53,579 nucleotides of DNA from Armatimonadota bacterium (lineage in GTDB: Bacteria > Armatimonadota > UBA5829). The position numbers were made by a program, and so were the translations under genes. Below, piece after piece: positions 11,922-22,116 of this stretch. The DNA is taken from assembly GCA_029907315.1 (NCBI GenBank), contig JARYME010000005.1, positions 1 through 53,579 of the forward strand. The letters run 5' to 3'. Positions within the stretch are counted from its first letter, which is position 1; each line of letters opens with the position of its first letter. The notes beneath the pieces are model-generated. The model worked only from the letters and a program-made list of their open reading frames with translations, did not search any database and was not told the DNA's origin.

Positions 11922-13340
11922 ATGAGGAAGTGGATTCTATTGGCTATGCTTGTTGCTATTCCCGCTAGGTCGTACGCTTACAAGGTTCCGTACGAAGCTT
12001 GGATGGGAGCGTATGTAGGCGAGAACAAAGTCGGTTACCTTTGTCTCAAGATAGAACGCTCTGAGCTCGACGGGGTTAGGGTATACCGAATAGCCAGTAC
12101 AATGCATACTCGCCTTACTGTTTTAGGTGTTGAGCTGATTCAAGACGTCACTACTATCGTATTGGCGGATGAAAGCTGGAGACCCCTCTATGAGGAATTT
12201 GTGATGTCTAGCGGGGGCAAGACCACAACCGTCACGGCTCGCTTTGGCAAGTCCTCTATCGACTGCGTTGTCACATCGGGGCAGAGTGCGAGCAAGAAGT
12301 CGGTTGCCGTACCTGAGGGAGCGAACCTGGTCGGCGACTCTATGTTTGCTACGCTGGACAAGGTTCCTGGGATAGGCAGCGAATACCGAGCTCACTACTT
12401 CAATCCGCTTACCTTAGCTGTGGAGGAAATTATCATAAAAGCGGAGAGACAGGAAGAGCTTGAGCTCGGTGGCAGGCTCTACAGTGCCACTGTCCTTTCA
12501 AATCACACACCGATGGGCGATATGACTGTGTGGCAAGCCCGTGACGGCGAGGTCTTGAAGGTTGCTGCAATGATGGGCATCTCGCTCATCCGCGAACCGG
12601 CAGAGCAAGCGAAGGCCGGATTGGCAGGAACGACCGAGGATTTTGCGTTTCGGACACGCGCAAAAACTGATAAGCCGATTCAAGCGCCTAGGGAATGCAA
12701 AGCTCTTGACGTTTTGCTCTATGGGCTTTCCGATTCCTCGATGGTTATAAGTGACTCGCGGCAGAAGGTCGATGTCGTGGACGAGAAAAAGGGCGTTTAC
12801 AGATATCGAATCCGCGCGGAGCTCTTTGATGTGAGGAAGTCTGTTATGCTGCCGGTTCGAAAACTGGGTTTCGATAACTATCTGGTCCCGACCCCCTACG
12901 TTGATTGCGATGCACCGTCTATCAAGACCCACGCTGAGTCGATTGTCGGAACTACCAAGAAGGCGTACACAGCCTGTTCCAAAATAAGGCAGTGGATCTA
13001 CTCGAAACTAAAGGTTAAGGCGGACGTTGGGATTACAAGATCAGCGAGTGATGTGTTAGAATCTAAATCTGGAGTGTGTAGGGATTACGCCGTGCTGTTT
13101 GCTGCGTTGGCAAGAGCTGTGGGCGTGCCTACAAAGGTTGTGTCAGGCTTGGTTTATCTTAACGATGGGTTCTACTACCATGCTTGGGTCGAGTGTTGGG
13201 TTGGACAATGGGTGCCATTTGACGCCACGATGCCCACTGATTTTGTAGATGCAACCCACATTAAGCTTGCTGAAGGTGACGCTACAACGATGTTTACCCT
13301 TGCCAAGGTGATCGGCAATCTTAGAGCGGAGGTCAAATAG
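11922..13340 (+). CDS. Secreted transglutaminase-like (Cys-His-Asp) domain protein
   Basis: Signal peptide (MRKWILLAMLVAIPARSYA); triad motifs 'GVCRDYA', 'YHAWVE', 'PFDAT'. Start 11895 or 11922. Confidence 0.85.
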   Translation: MRKWILLAMLVAIPARSYAYKVPYEAWMGAYVGENKVGYLCLKIERSELDGVRVYRIASTMHTRLTVLGVELIQDVTTIVLADESWRPLYEEFVMSSGGKTTTVTARFGKSSIDCVVTSGQSASKKSVAVPEGANLVGDSMFATLDKVPGIGSEYRAHYFNPLTLAVEEIIIKAERQEELELGGRLYSATVLSNHTPMGDMTVWQARDGEVLKVAAMMGISLIREPAEQAKAGLAGTTEDFAFRTRAKTDKPIQAPRECKALDVLLYGLSDSSMVISDSRQKVDVVDEKKGVYRYRIRAELFDVRKSVMLPVRKLGFDNYLVPTPYVDCDAPSIKTHAESIVGTTKKAYTACSKIRQWIYSKLKVKADVGITRSASDVLESKSGVCRDYAVLFAALARAVGVPTKVVSGLVYLNDGFYYHAWVECWVGQWVPFDATMPTDFVDATHIKLAEGDATTMFTLAKVIGNLRAEVK

Positions 13341-13440
13341 GCATTCTCTGGTGTCGGACGCGTGATCTACCGAACCGAGAGCTGGGTTCTGGAACGACGG
13401 GCGGTTAGGTCTTCGCTGACGCAGAGAGTGCCACGGAGCT

Positions 13441-13818
13441 ATGTTAGCAAAAGACTTTTTGGCAGTAGGAATATTTATCGTAGTAGGAATCGTATTCGTT
13501 GCGATTACTTTAATAGCTTCTTATTTCTTTCGCCCCTACAAACCCACCGGAGAAAAGCTTCGCACGTACGAATGCGGTGAGATTCCGTTCGGTCCAGCCT
13601 GGCTGCAGTTTCGCGTCGGGTACTATATATACGCGTTGATATTTCTGATCTTCGATGTCGAGGCAGCCTTCATCTTCCCATGGGCAGCGGGGCTACTGGG
13701 GTTCTCGCGAACCAAGGCCTTGGCTGTTTTGGGCATTGTGGATATGGTAATCTTCGTGGGCGTGTTGGTCTTGGGGCTTGTTTATGCTTGGAAGAAGGGG
13801 GTTCTCGAGTGGAAGTAG
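13441..13818 (+). CDS. nuoA: NADH-quinone oxidoreductase subunit A
   Basis: 'YECGE', 'FLIFDVE', '[10 protein letters not shown]'. Confidence 0.97.
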   Translation: MLAKDFLAVGIFIVVGIVFVAITLIASYFFRPYKPTGEKLRTYECGEIPFGPAWLQFRVGYYIYALIFLIFDVEAAFIFPWAAGLLGFSRTKALAVLGIVDMVIFVGVLVLGLVYAWKKGVLEWK

Positions 13819-14342
13819 AGAAGCCTTTCGATTATATTGAGCGAATACCAGGCGGTGCAATCATAACCACGACTGTCGATAAGGTACTCGAGTGGGGTCG
13901 AGAATGTTCGCTTTGGTACTTCAGCTTCGGTCTGGCTTGCTGCGCTATCGAAGTTCTTATGGCAGCCGGCGCAGCCCGTTTTGACCTGGATCGGTTCGGT
14001 ATGATGTTTCGAGCGACCCCCAGGCAGTCCGACCTAATGATAGTTGCCGGGACGGTTACGAAGAAAATGGCTCCTCGTGTCAAGAGACTCTACGATCAGA
14101 TGGCGGAGCCCAAGTACGTGATAGCCACAGGCAGTTGCGCTAACGCGGGCGGTCCATTTGCGGATTCCTACGCGGTTTTGAAAGGGGTAGATCTCATTAT
14201 ACCGGTGGATGTTTACGTGCCTGGTTGCCCTCCAAGGCCCGAAGCACTGATCTTCGCAGTTCAGAAACTCAAGGAAAAGATGCGCAACCAGGTCCGTATG
14301 AAGCGCTCAAATCTACCGGAGGATACTCGCTGTGATGCCTGA
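13809..14342 (+). CDS. nuoB: NADH-quinone oxidoreductase subunit B
   Basis: 'GLACCAIE' tandem Cys and '[11 protein letters not shown]'. GTG 13809 overlaps the nuoA end. Confidence 0.97.
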   Translation: MEVEKPFDYIERIPGGAIITTTVDKVLEWGRECSLWYFSFGLACCAIEVLMAAGAARFDLDRFGMMFRATPRQSDLMIVAGTVTKKMAPRVKRLYDQMAEPKYVIATGSCANAGGPFADSYAVLKGVDLIIPVDVYVPGCPPRPEALIFAVQKLKEKMRNQVRMKRSNLPEDTRCDA

Positions 14343-14778
14343 GATTATAGAGGCGGCGGTTCGGAACGCGTTTCCGGACGCGGTGCTTGATTCGTTTGAA
14401 ATAGACGGAGTCCTGAACATCAAGCTCAACCCAAGTTTACTGGTGAGCGTGTGTGAGCTTCTGCGTTCAGGCGAGAGTCTTGCCTTCGACTACCTAGCCG
14501 ACATCACTGCAATTGATTGGCAAGACCGTATCGAGGTTGTTTATCGACTCACTAGCTTGGCTTCGAATGCCAAAGTCGTGCTTCGAGTCGACTTAGACAG
14601 AGAAAATCCCAAAGTTGATTCCCTCACCGGCGTGTGGAAAGGAGCGGAGTGGCAAGAACGAGAGGTATACGACTTGATGGGTGTCAAGTTCCTCGGACAC
14701 CCGGACTTGCGTCGCATCTTGCTGCCGGAGGATTGGGAAGGTCATCCGTTGAGGAAGGATTATGTCATCCCGGATTAG
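14335..14778 (+). CDS. nuoC: NADH-quinone oxidoreductase subunit C
   Basis: '[38 protein letters not shown]'. Confidence 0.97.
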   Translation: MPEIIEAAVRNAFPDAVLDSFEIDGVLNIKLNPSLLVSVCELLRSGESLAFDYLADITAIDWQDRIEVVYRLTSLASNAKVVLRVDLDRENPKVDSLTGVWKGAEWQEREVYDLMGVKFLGHPDLRRILLPEDWEGHPLRKDYVIPD

Positions 14779-15868
14779 GACCGAATTTGTAGAAATCAAC
14801 ATGGGTCCGCAGCACCCATCGACCCACGGTGTGCTTCGGCTGGAAGTTGTATTGGACGGAGAGGTCATAGTAGACGTCAAACCCGACGTCGGTTATCTGC
14901 ACCGCGGCATAGAAAAACTCGCCGAGATGCGCACCTACATTCAGTTTATCCCAATCACCGACAGATTGGACTATCTTTCCTCTATGCTCCAGAATGCGGC
15001 TTATGTGGGTGCGGTCGAAAAGCTTGGGCAGATAGAGGTGCCTGAACGCGCCGAGTATATACGCGTGATAATGATGGAGCTGAATAGGATCGCCAGCCAT
15101 CTTATCTTCTACGGTGCTATGGGCCTTGATCTCGGCGCGACCACCCCGTTTCTTTACGGAATGCGGGAGCGTGAGGATATACTCGATCTGTTCGAAATGA
15201 CCTGTGGGGCGCGTCTGACTTACAACTATTTTCGCCCCGGTGGGGTGATGGCTGATCTGCCAGCAGGGTTCTATCAGAAAGCAAAGGCGTATATAAAGAA
15301 GCAACGCGAAAGACTTGCTGAGTACGATGACCTATTGACAAACAACCAGATATTCATCGCCAGAACGCGAGGGGTCGGTGTCATCTCCGCTGAGGAAGCT
15401 ATTAACTACTCTATGAGCGGTCCAACGCTGCGCGGTTCCGGTGTTGCCTATGATGTTCGTAAGGCGGATCCTTATTCCGTATACGACAAACTGGACTGGG
15501 ATATCGCTGTAAGGACCGAAGGCGACACCCTAGCGCGGTACTTGGTGCGTATGCAGGAGATTCGAGAGAGTTTGAAGATCATTGAGCAAGCTCTGGACAT
15601 GATGCCGCCAGGCAAGTTGCAGTACAAAACGCCGCTTCGACTGAAGCTTCCTGAGGGCGAAGTATATCACCACATTGAATCGTCCAGGGGAGATCTCGGG
15701 GTATACTTAGTCAGCGACGGCACAGACAAGCCCTACCGACTTAGATGGAGGTCGCCCTCTTTCATCAACCTTGGTGCACTGAGTCGAATGGCTAAGGGGT
15801 GGAAAGTTGCCGACTTGGTGGCGATATTGGGCAGCTTGGACATTGTACTGGGAGAAGTAGATAGGTAG
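14762..15868 (+). CDS. nuoD: NADH-quinone oxidoreductase subunit D
   Basis: '[14 protein letters not shown]', 'GYLHRGIEK', C-terminal 'GEVDR'; no Ni-binding CxxC motifs. Confidence 0.97.
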   Translation: MSSRIRTEFVEINMGPQHPSTHGVLRLEVVLDGEVIVDVKPDVGYLHRGIEKLAEMRTYIQFIPITDRLDYLSSMLQNAAYVGAVEKLGQIEVPERAEYIRVIMMELNRIASHLIFYGAMGLDLGATTPFLYGMREREDILDLFEMTCGARLTYNYFRPGGVMADLPAGFYQKAKAYIKKQRERLAEYDDLLTNNQIFIARTRGVGVISAEEAINYSMSGPTLRGSGVAYDVRKADPYSVYDKLDWDIAVRTEGDTLARYLVRMQEIRESLKIIEQALDMMPPGKLQYKTPLRLKLPEGEVYHHIESSRGDLGVYLVSDGTDKPYRLRWRSPSFINLGALSRMAKGWKVADLVAILGSLDIVLGEVDR

Positions 15869-15914
15869 CCTTGCGAATCCGATAGTGCCCCCAGGAAAGG
15901 AGGTGACGCAGCGG

Positions 15915-17093
15915 ATGAGATTGAGCAGCAAACTTTTTCGACCTCTTGTGACGTTCATCATGGTCATCCTCGGTTCCTGTGGGGGCTATAAAGTTGCACA
16001 GCAGTACCTTCGGCTAATTGACGCCTATCTCCGCGGTGAGAGCAGTTGGTTTTTGTGGATTCCGCAGAACCCCACTCAGCTTACAAAGTCCGACCGTTTG
16101 TGGCTCACTGCAGCATTTATGCTGGTCGGTGCTATGCTTGCGTTCGTCGTCGAGCGGCTCGCCTATGCCCAAGCCAACCGTGCCAGAGAAAGATGGAACT
16201 CAATGCTGCCTACCGAAAGGCTGTTGTTCTTCGGTGGGTTGTTAAGTGGTCTATTGTTGACAGCGTTGATAAGAAGTATACTGGCGCCACCTGTTTGGCT
16301 CACCTTAGCACTGACCGTAATCCTGTGCTATGTTTCCGTTGTTGCCTTTGAAAGTCTTAAGGAACAGGTTCGCTTCTATTTTCCGGTTCCGGCGGCGCCG
16401 GAAAAACTTGGCGAAAGGCGCTTTTCAAAACCGAAACTGCTCGACACGAACGTGATTATCGACGGCAGGATTGCGGACATCTGCCGCACAGGGTTTCTGG
16501 AAGGTCCGGTTTATGTTCCTAGATTTGTCTTGGATGAACTGCAGCTCATAGCGGATTCCAGTGATTCCTTGAAGCGAGCAAGGGGACGTCGGGGGCTCGA
16601 GATCCTGAACCAGATGCAGAAGGAGATTGGTCTCGAAATTCCGGATTTCCCCGGGATCGGAGCGGCTGGTGATGTCGATGCGCGTTTGGTGTCGGCCGCA
16701 CAGCAGCTTGGCGGCGTCATTGTGACCAATGATTACAACCTGAATCGAGTAGCTGAGCTCCAGGGGGTTGAGGTGCTTAACATAAATGAGTTGGCTAATG
16801 CACTGAAACCCGTTGTCCTGCCTGGTGAGGAAATGCGCGTCACGATTGTTAAGGAAGGCAAAGAAAGAGACCAGGGTGTTGCTTATCTGGACGACGGCAC
16901 TATGATAGTTGTCGAGGGCGCCAAAAAGCTTATTGATCAGACGCTGGATATAGTGGTCACCTCAGTTCTGCAGACTGTTCAGGGCAAAATGATTTTCGGC
17001 AAGATCAAAGAGCCCGTAGAAACGGAACCTACCCAAGAAGATGAAAGCATCCGCACTTATACCGGCAGCAGGCTCAGGCGAAAGACTCGGTAA
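15915..17093 (+). CDS. PIN/TRAM domain membrane protein (YacL-like)
   Basis: N-terminal TMs, PIN motifs '[12 protein letters not shown]' and 'TNDYNLN', TRAM motif '[15 protein letters not shown]'; AGGAGG RBS before ATG 15915. Confidence 0.93.
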   Translation: MRLSSKLFRPLVTFIMVILGSCGGYKVAQQYLRLIDAYLRGESSWFLWIPQNPTQLTKSDRLWLTAAFMLVGAMLAFVVERLAYAQANRARERWNSMLPTERLLFFGGLLSGLLLTALIRSILAPPVWLTLALTVILCYVSVVAFESLKEQVRFYFPVPAAPEKLGERRFSKPKLLDTNVIIDGRIADICRTGFLEGPVYVPRFVLDELQLIADSSDSLKRARGRRGLEILNQMQKEIGLEIPDFPGIGAAGDVDARLVSAAQQLGGVIVTNDYNLNRVAELQGVEVLNINELANALKPVVLPGEEMRVTIVKEGKERDQGVAYLDDGTMIVVEGAKKLIDQTLDIVVTSVLQTVQGKMIFGKIKEPVETEPTQEDESIRTYTGSRLRRKTR

Positions 17094-18195
17094 AGGAATA
17101 AACAAAGTCTTCTGCACTGTCGGTGGCAAACCCATACTTGCTCACACCCTGTCCGTTTTTGAGTCGTGTTCCGCAGTTGAGGAAATTATCCTGGTGGTGC
17201 GGAGCTCAGATATGCCTGCTGCGCAAGCCCTCTGCAGCGCGTTCGGATTCTCCAAGGTGCGGCGTATCGTTAAGGGCGGTAGGCGCAGACAGGATTCTGT
17301 GGCGGCCGGTCTCGAACTCGTTACGAACGACATAGTAGCGATTCACGATGCTGCGCGGCCCTTCGTGACGGAGGACCTCATAGTGCGCACTGTTCGAGAG
17401 GCAGCACGCAGCGGCGCTTGCATCGCAGCCGTTCCAATGATCGATACCGTCAAGCGAACGGCGCATGGTCGAGTGGTCGAGACCCTGGACAGAAAGGGCT
17501 TGTATGCTGTACAGACTCCTCAAACATTCCGCACTGATCTTATCAGAAGGGCACACTTGGAAGCTCGAGCTAAAGGCATTCTGGCAACCGATGACGCGTC
17601 GCTTGTGGAAGCTTTGGGGGAGCAGGTGACGGTTGTCGAAGGCTCCTACGAGAACATCAAAGTGACGACTCCTGCAGATCTCGAATGGGCTGAGGCTCGA
17701 CTTGCCGGTTCTGATGTGCGTACCGGCATAGGCTATGACGTGCATCGGTTGGTCGAGGGAAGAAGGCTGATACTTGGGGGAGTGGATATCCCTTTTCCTA
17801 AGGGACTGGAAGGTCATTCTGATGCAGACGTATTAACTCACGCCGTAATGGATGCCCTTTTGGGCGCTGCTTGTCTGGGCGACATAGGCAGACACTTCCC
17901 CGATTCGGATGCGAAGTACAAAGATGCGAGCAGCTTGGATCTGCTTGCCGAAGTAAGAAAGAAATTGGCTGAGGCAGGTTGGAGCGTCGTGAACATTGAC
18001 GCAGTAGTGATCTGCGAACAACCTCGCATAGCGGATTTCGTGAACCAGATGTCGGAGCGCATAGCCGGTGTGCTTCAAATGGAACCAGATCGAATCAGCC
18101 TAAAAGGCACAACCACCGAAGGGCTAGGCTTCGAGGGCAGGGGTGAAGGCATAGCCTGCCAGGCCGTTGCAACCGTGCGACGTTGCCGCACCTAG
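17041..18195 (+). CDS. ispDF: Bifunctional IspD/IspF (MEP pathway)
   Basis: IspD motifs 'PAAGSGER', 'HDAARP', 'QTPQ' fused to IspF motifs 'GIGYDVH', 'GHSDADV', 'GDIGRHFPD'. Confidence 0.96.
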   Translation: MKASALIPAAGSGERLGKGINKVFCTVGGKPILAHTLSVFESCSAVEEIILVVRSSDMPAAQALCSAFGFSKVRRIVKGGRRRQDSVAAGLELVTNDIVAIHDAARPFVTEDLIVRTVREAARSGACIAAVPMIDTVKRTAHGRVVETLDRKGLYAVQTPQTFRTDLIRRAHLEARAKGILATDDASLVEALGEQVTVVEGSYENIKVTTPADLEWAEARLAGSDVRTGIGYDVHRLVEGRRLILGGVDIPFPKGLEGHSDADVLTHAVMDALLGAACLGDIGRHFPDSDAKYKDASSLDLLAEVRKKLAEAGWSVVNIDAVVICEQPRIADFVNQMSERIAGVLQMEPDRISLKGTTTEGLGFEGRGEGIACQAVATVRRCRT

Positions 18196-18242
18196 TTTCG
18201 CTGTCGTATTTGCGTTTTCATCAGCACGGCGCAACTTTCTCG

Positions 18243-18271
18243 TTGCAAAACCCTTTTTCCTGTGGTAACAT
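18243..18271 (+). promoter_or_regulatory. Putative sigma70 promoter for 6S RNA
   Basis: TTGCAA-N17-TAACAT with TG extension, about 30 nt upstream of the structured RNA. Confidence 0.55.
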
Positions 18272-18300
18272 ACAATTGAATTGAAGCACGGTTCCGTTTG

Positions 18301-18482
18301 GGACCCTGCGGTGCGCGTGATTCGTCGAGGAAGTTTGAGCCGACACTCATACTTTAGGAACCTTGACTTGGTGACTCCGAGTGGCAGCCCCGTTTAAACG
18401 GGGAATCGCGAGGATCACCAGCGGGTTCCACCCTGGTTTCTGGGGTTCAAAACTCGGTAGACACACGGCACTCGCGGGGTCT
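18301..18482 (+). ncRNA. ssrS: 6S RNA
   Basis: About 180-nt irregular rod. GACCCTGCG-GTGC-GTG pairs with CAC-GCAC-CGCGGGGTC, TTTGAGCC with GGTTCAAA, GGAACC with GGTTCC, and TGGTGA with TCACCA. A central bubble (GACACTCATACTTTA) is typical of 6S. Confidence 0.85.
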
Positions 18483-18512
18483 ATTGTTTTCTGTGCTTTG
18501 GAATAGTAACCT

Positions 18513-19883
18513 GTGCCCTTAGATCCATATTTTAAGCGCGTTACCCACATTAACGACCGCCCTATCGATCCCGGTGGAGAATGTGTAGTCTATTGGATGC
18601 AGCGTTCCCAACGGGTGCGCGACAATCCTGCTCTTAACTTCGCTATAGATCTCGCCAACGACTTGGGGAAAATGATACCCGTGTATTTTGGTGTATTCGA
18701 TCGCTATCCCATGGCGAGTACAAGGGCTTTTAAATTCATGTTGGAAGGCTTGAGGGAGACATCGTTGGCACTCAGAGATATCGGTGCCGGTTTTCTCGTG
18801 CGCAGGGAAAAGCCTTATGAGGGCGTGGTTGATGTTGCCAAACGTTACAGGGCGTGTGCAGTAGTGGTAGATGAAGATTATCTCAATGTCGGGCGAACCT
18901 GGCGTGCTCATGCAGCTGTGGCATTGCCGGTCAGATTTATCCAGGTTGATGCAGAAACTGTCGTCCCAGCGCGTCTTATCGGATCTGAGCAGTGGGCAGC
19001 ATATACGTTGAGACCGAAAATCCTTCGCGTGCTGCGAGATTGGCTTGTCGAATTTCCCACTCCGACGATAAACCGTAGATGGACTGCTAAGTTAGAGGGA
19101 TTAGACCTACTGCAGGTAGAGATAGATCAGCTGGTGTCCTCGCTTGACGTCGAGCATAACGTGCCCCCAGTTCCCGATCGGATAGGGGGTGAAACACATG
19201 CCAAGCGCGTGCTTACAGAGTTCGTGCACTACAGATTACCATACTACTTAACGCTAAGAGACGATCTCAGTACTCCCGTGTCCAGCGGGCTTAGCCCTTA
19301 CTTGCACTTTGGACAAATATCTAGCCGGAGAGTTGCCCTAACAGTTCTAAAAGCTGATGTTCCTAGAGAACCTGTGGAGGCATTTCTCGAGCAGTTAGTA
19401 GTTCGTAGAGAGCTTGCGATAAATTTTTGCACGTACAACACTGGCTATGCTTCATTAGAAACGGCTCCAAGGTGGGCACGCGAAACTTTAGAGAATCATC
19501 GCAGCGACCCAAGATTACAAGTATACACGTTGGATGAACTCGAGTTCGCACAAACTCACGATGATGTATGGAATGCAGCCCAGATGGAGTTGTTTCGTTG
19601 CGGGATCATACACCCATATGTGCGAATGTTTTGGGCGAAAAAGCTTCTTGAGTGGTGCCCATCCCCGGAGCAAGCCCTTTCTTCAGCCATATATCTCAAC
19701 GATAAGTATGCTTTGGATGGTCGAGACCCAAATGGTTATGCCAACATCGCTTGGTGCATATATGGCAAGCACGACAGACCGTTTAGGGAGAGACCTATTT
19801 TCGGCAAGGTTAGATACATGTCAACCGACTCCCTTAAACGCAAGAGCGGATGGCAAAATTATACAAAACGATTTACTAACTAG
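18513..19883 (+). CDS. phrB: Deoxyribodipyrimidine photolyase, class II CPD-type
   Basis: 'VVYWMQRSQRVRDNPAL', 'SGLSPYLHFGQIS', 'RMFWAKK', 'LNDKYALDGRDPNGY', 'HDRPFRERPIFGKVRYM'. Confidence 0.95.
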   Translation: MPLDPYFKRVTHINDRPIDPGGECVVYWMQRSQRVRDNPALNFAIDLANDLGKMIPVYFGVFDRYPMASTRAFKFMLEGLRETSLALRDIGAGFLVRREKPYEGVVDVAKRYRACAVVVDEDYLNVGRTWRAHAAVALPVRFIQVDAETVVPARLIGSEQWAAYTLRPKILRVLRDWLVEFPTPTINRRWTAKLEGLDLLQVEIDQLVSSLDVEHNVPPVPDRIGGETHAKRVLTEFVHYRLPYYLTLRDDLSTPVSSGLSPYLHFGQISSRRVALTVLKADVPREPVEAFLEQLVVRRELAINFCTYNTGYASLETAPRWARETLENHRSDPRLQVYTLDELEFAQTHDDVWNAAQMELFRCGIIHPYVRMFWAKKLLEWCPSPEQALSSAIYLNDKYALDGRDPNGYANIAWCIYGKHDRPFRERPIFGKVRYMSTDSLKRKSGWQNYTKRFTN

Positions 19884-19895
19884 GGCATCGTTCCC

Positions 19896-19924
19896 TTGAC
19901 AATAGAGTACGGTGGGGTTAGATT
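19896..19924 (+). promoter_or_regulatory. Putative sigma70 promoter for the tandem secreted-protein genes
   Basis: TTGACA-N17-TAGATT. Confidence 0.55.
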
Positions 19925-19998
19925 CAGAATAGACGAACTGGTGGTGCTAAAACCTTTGTCTAAAAGGTTGACCAGGCACTGAATACGGAGTTTCTGAG

Positions 19999-22116
19999 AT
20001 GCGGCTTTTAGTAGTGTGCTTTACGCTCGCTGCATGGTTGAGTAGCAGCGTGGTAGCAGGTTGGTCTCCTGAGACGAGTATTACCCCAAGTGCCGTGGGT
20101 GCTTCGGCTCCCGCTTTGGCAACTGGTCCGGACGGTCGCGTACACTGCGTATATCCCGTACAGGCTTCAGGAGGCCAGCTCAATATTGTTTATAGGTGCT
20201 GGGATGGGGTAGCGTGGTCTACTCCTTACGACTTACCCAGTCCGAACTTCAAAGAACCTGAGTGCGATATAGCCGTCGGCTCAGACAATCGTATTCACGT
20301 AGTCGGGATCTGGCGGGTCGACGGAACCACCAACACACCTTATACAGTGTATTACTGGGAGCACAACGGTTCAACTTGGGTTGGTCCCACGATGTTAAGC
20401 TCTGGCATCGGCTCCGATGCAGATTCCTGCAAGACACCAAGGGTTGCTGTCGACAGATTCAACGATGTGCACGTTGTCTGGACCCAGGGGAACATGACCG
20501 GCGGAGCAGGCGACATAATGTATCGCAAGAGACAAGCTGGTGTGTGGCAGCCTGTTTACAATATCACAAAGAACCCGACCGGATATGCGTATGGTTCTGT
20601 ATCACCGGATATTGCAGTTGATCGTTTGGGAAACACTGTGCACGTAGTATGGCACGACGATTCCCTTGGCGGCAATACATTTCAAGTGTGGTATACGAAT
20701 AACACCAATCTCGGCAGTCCTTCTGCATGGCTTTCGTCCAGCCAATGGTTTATGGTGTCGTTTCAGGTTTACGGGAAAAGCCCAAAAATCATCCTGGACC
20801 GTAACGATAGACCGAACATATTTTGGATTGATAAGTTCGGTGGTTCGCAAAATGTTCAGGCCTACCGGCGATGGGACGGAACGTCGTGGACTTATCCAAT
20901 CAACTTGGGCGCACAATGGTTCCAGGACGGTGTTTTCGACCAAAACAATGTGCTCCATTACGTATTCACACAGGGCGACCCTTTGGAGCTGTTCTACAGG
21001 ACGTATGATTTCGCGACCTTTTCGAATCCGGAACTTATCTCTGCGGGTGTCGACACTCAAAAGGTTGATTTTGCTGCGTTTGCGTTGGATGGCAGAAACT
21101 CGCCGGTTGCTGTCTGGGAAGAGCGCAAGAACAATTCGGCAGCGAAGATCTACTATTCAGTAAGACGTTCATGCGGCGTGCCGGAGCCGGTAACATCGTT
21201 CAGTGCAAAAGGGTTCGATGGTGAAGTAAGGTTGTCGTGGTCGAATCCCTTATCGCCCGGATTTTCAGCCACGATGATCCGTTACAAGACGACAGGATAT
21301 CCCACCGGTCCTGACGACGGTTATTTGGTGTGTGATAGGGTTGGCATTCCGGGTACAGCTGACCAATTCGTCCACGCAAATCTATCGAATGGAACCACAT
21401 ACTACTACGCCGCATTCGCGCACGACGACTGTGGTAACTTTGCGCCTGCTGCCCTGGCGAGTGCGACTCCACACGTGATCTCTTGCATCGAAGCCAAGCA
21501 CTTGTCGGACGGTACCTACGTATACCTGCGGGGCAAGTCGGTTACTGGTGTCTTTTCTGCAGAAGGGTGCTTCTACATAGAGGAACCGGATCGTACTTCT
21601 GGTATCCGCGTTGCCGCGGCGACATCCGACTTGTCGGTGGGAGATGTAGTGAACGTTGGTGGATCCGTGGCTACCCGAATCGTAAGCGGTGTCCAATCTG
21701 AAAGGCAGTTAGCTGCGTCAGTCGTAGAAAAAGTCTCGCAAGGCAGACCGCTGCGGCCCGTGGGTATGGGCTGCTTTTCTGTGGGTGGAGCGCCAGTTGG
21801 TCCCTACCAACCTGGCGTTGTAGATGCGAACGGCAACCCTGGTATAGGTGTGAATACGATGGGGCTGCTGGTCAGGATCGTTGGACGGGTTACAGCTGTT
21901 GTAGGCAGCTACATCTGGTTGGACGACGGCTCCCATATACCGGACGTTGCTGGGAGATTGGGGGTGTGCGTGAGATGTCCGAGTACACCAAGCGTAAGTG
22001 TCGGTGACTTCGTGAGTGCGACGGGTGTAGTCGAAGGAGCGGTACCCGTCGGCTGGTTGGCGAACAGGCGGCAGGTGCGCATACGCAGCGCTTCCGATCT
22101 GGTGGTGTTAAATTGA
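19999..22116 (+). CDS. Secreted multidomain protein: beta-propeller-like repeats, FN3-like domain, uncharacterised C-terminal module
   Basis: Signal peptide; repeated 'P.IAVD...VHVVW....IYY....W' blades; FN3-like 'LSNGTTYYYAAFAHD'; C-terminal ~210 aa paralogous to the next gene. Confidence 0.8.
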   Translation: MRLLVVCFTLAAWLSSSVVAGWSPETSITPSAVGASAPALATGPDGRVHCVYPVQASGGQLNIVYRCWDGVAWSTPYDLPSPNFKEPECDIAVGSDNRIHVVGIWRVDGTTNTPYTVYYWEHNGSTWVGPTMLSSGIGSDADSCKTPRVAVDRFNDVHVVWTQGNMTGGAGDIMYRKRQAGVWQPVYNITKNPTGYAYGSVSPDIAVDRLGNTVHVVWHDDSLGGNTFQVWYTNNTNLGSPSAWLSSSQWFMVSFQVYGKSPKIILDRNDRPNIFWIDKFGGSQNVQAYRRWDGTSWTYPINLGAQWFQDGVFDQNNVLHYVFTQGDPLELFYRTYDFATFSNPELISAGVDTQKVDFAAFALDGRNSPVAVWEERKNNSAAKIYYSVRRSCGVPEPVTSFSAKGFDGEVRLSWSNPLSPGFSATMIRYKTTGYPTGPDDGYLVCDRVGIPGTADQFVHANLSNGTTYYYAAFAHDDCGNFAPAALASATPHVISCIEAKHLSDGTYVYLRGKSVTGVFSAEGCFYIEEPDRTSGIRVAAATSDLSVGDVVNVGGSVATRIVSGVQSERQLAASVVEKVSQGRPLRPVGMGCFSVGGAPVGPYQPGVVDANGNPGIGVNTMGLLVRIVGRVTAVVGSYIWLDDGSHIPDVAGRLGVCVRCPSTPSVSVGDFVSATGVVEGAVPVGWLANRRQVRIRSASDLVVLN

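Noticed and set aside
13441-15868. Group 4 [NiFe]-hydrogenase (Ech-like) interpretation
   Set aside because: The large subunit lacks both CxxC Ni-binding motifs and has the NuoD signatures GPQHPSTHG and GEVDR.
15915-17093. PIN domain as a toxin-antitoxin or defence component
   Set aside because: It is the conserved membrane PIN/TRAM (YacL) gene in its usual position before ispD/ispF; no antitoxin present.
18347-18550. 67-aa minus-strand ORF
   Set aside because: It overlaps the 6S RNA structure and the photolyase start; no coding features.
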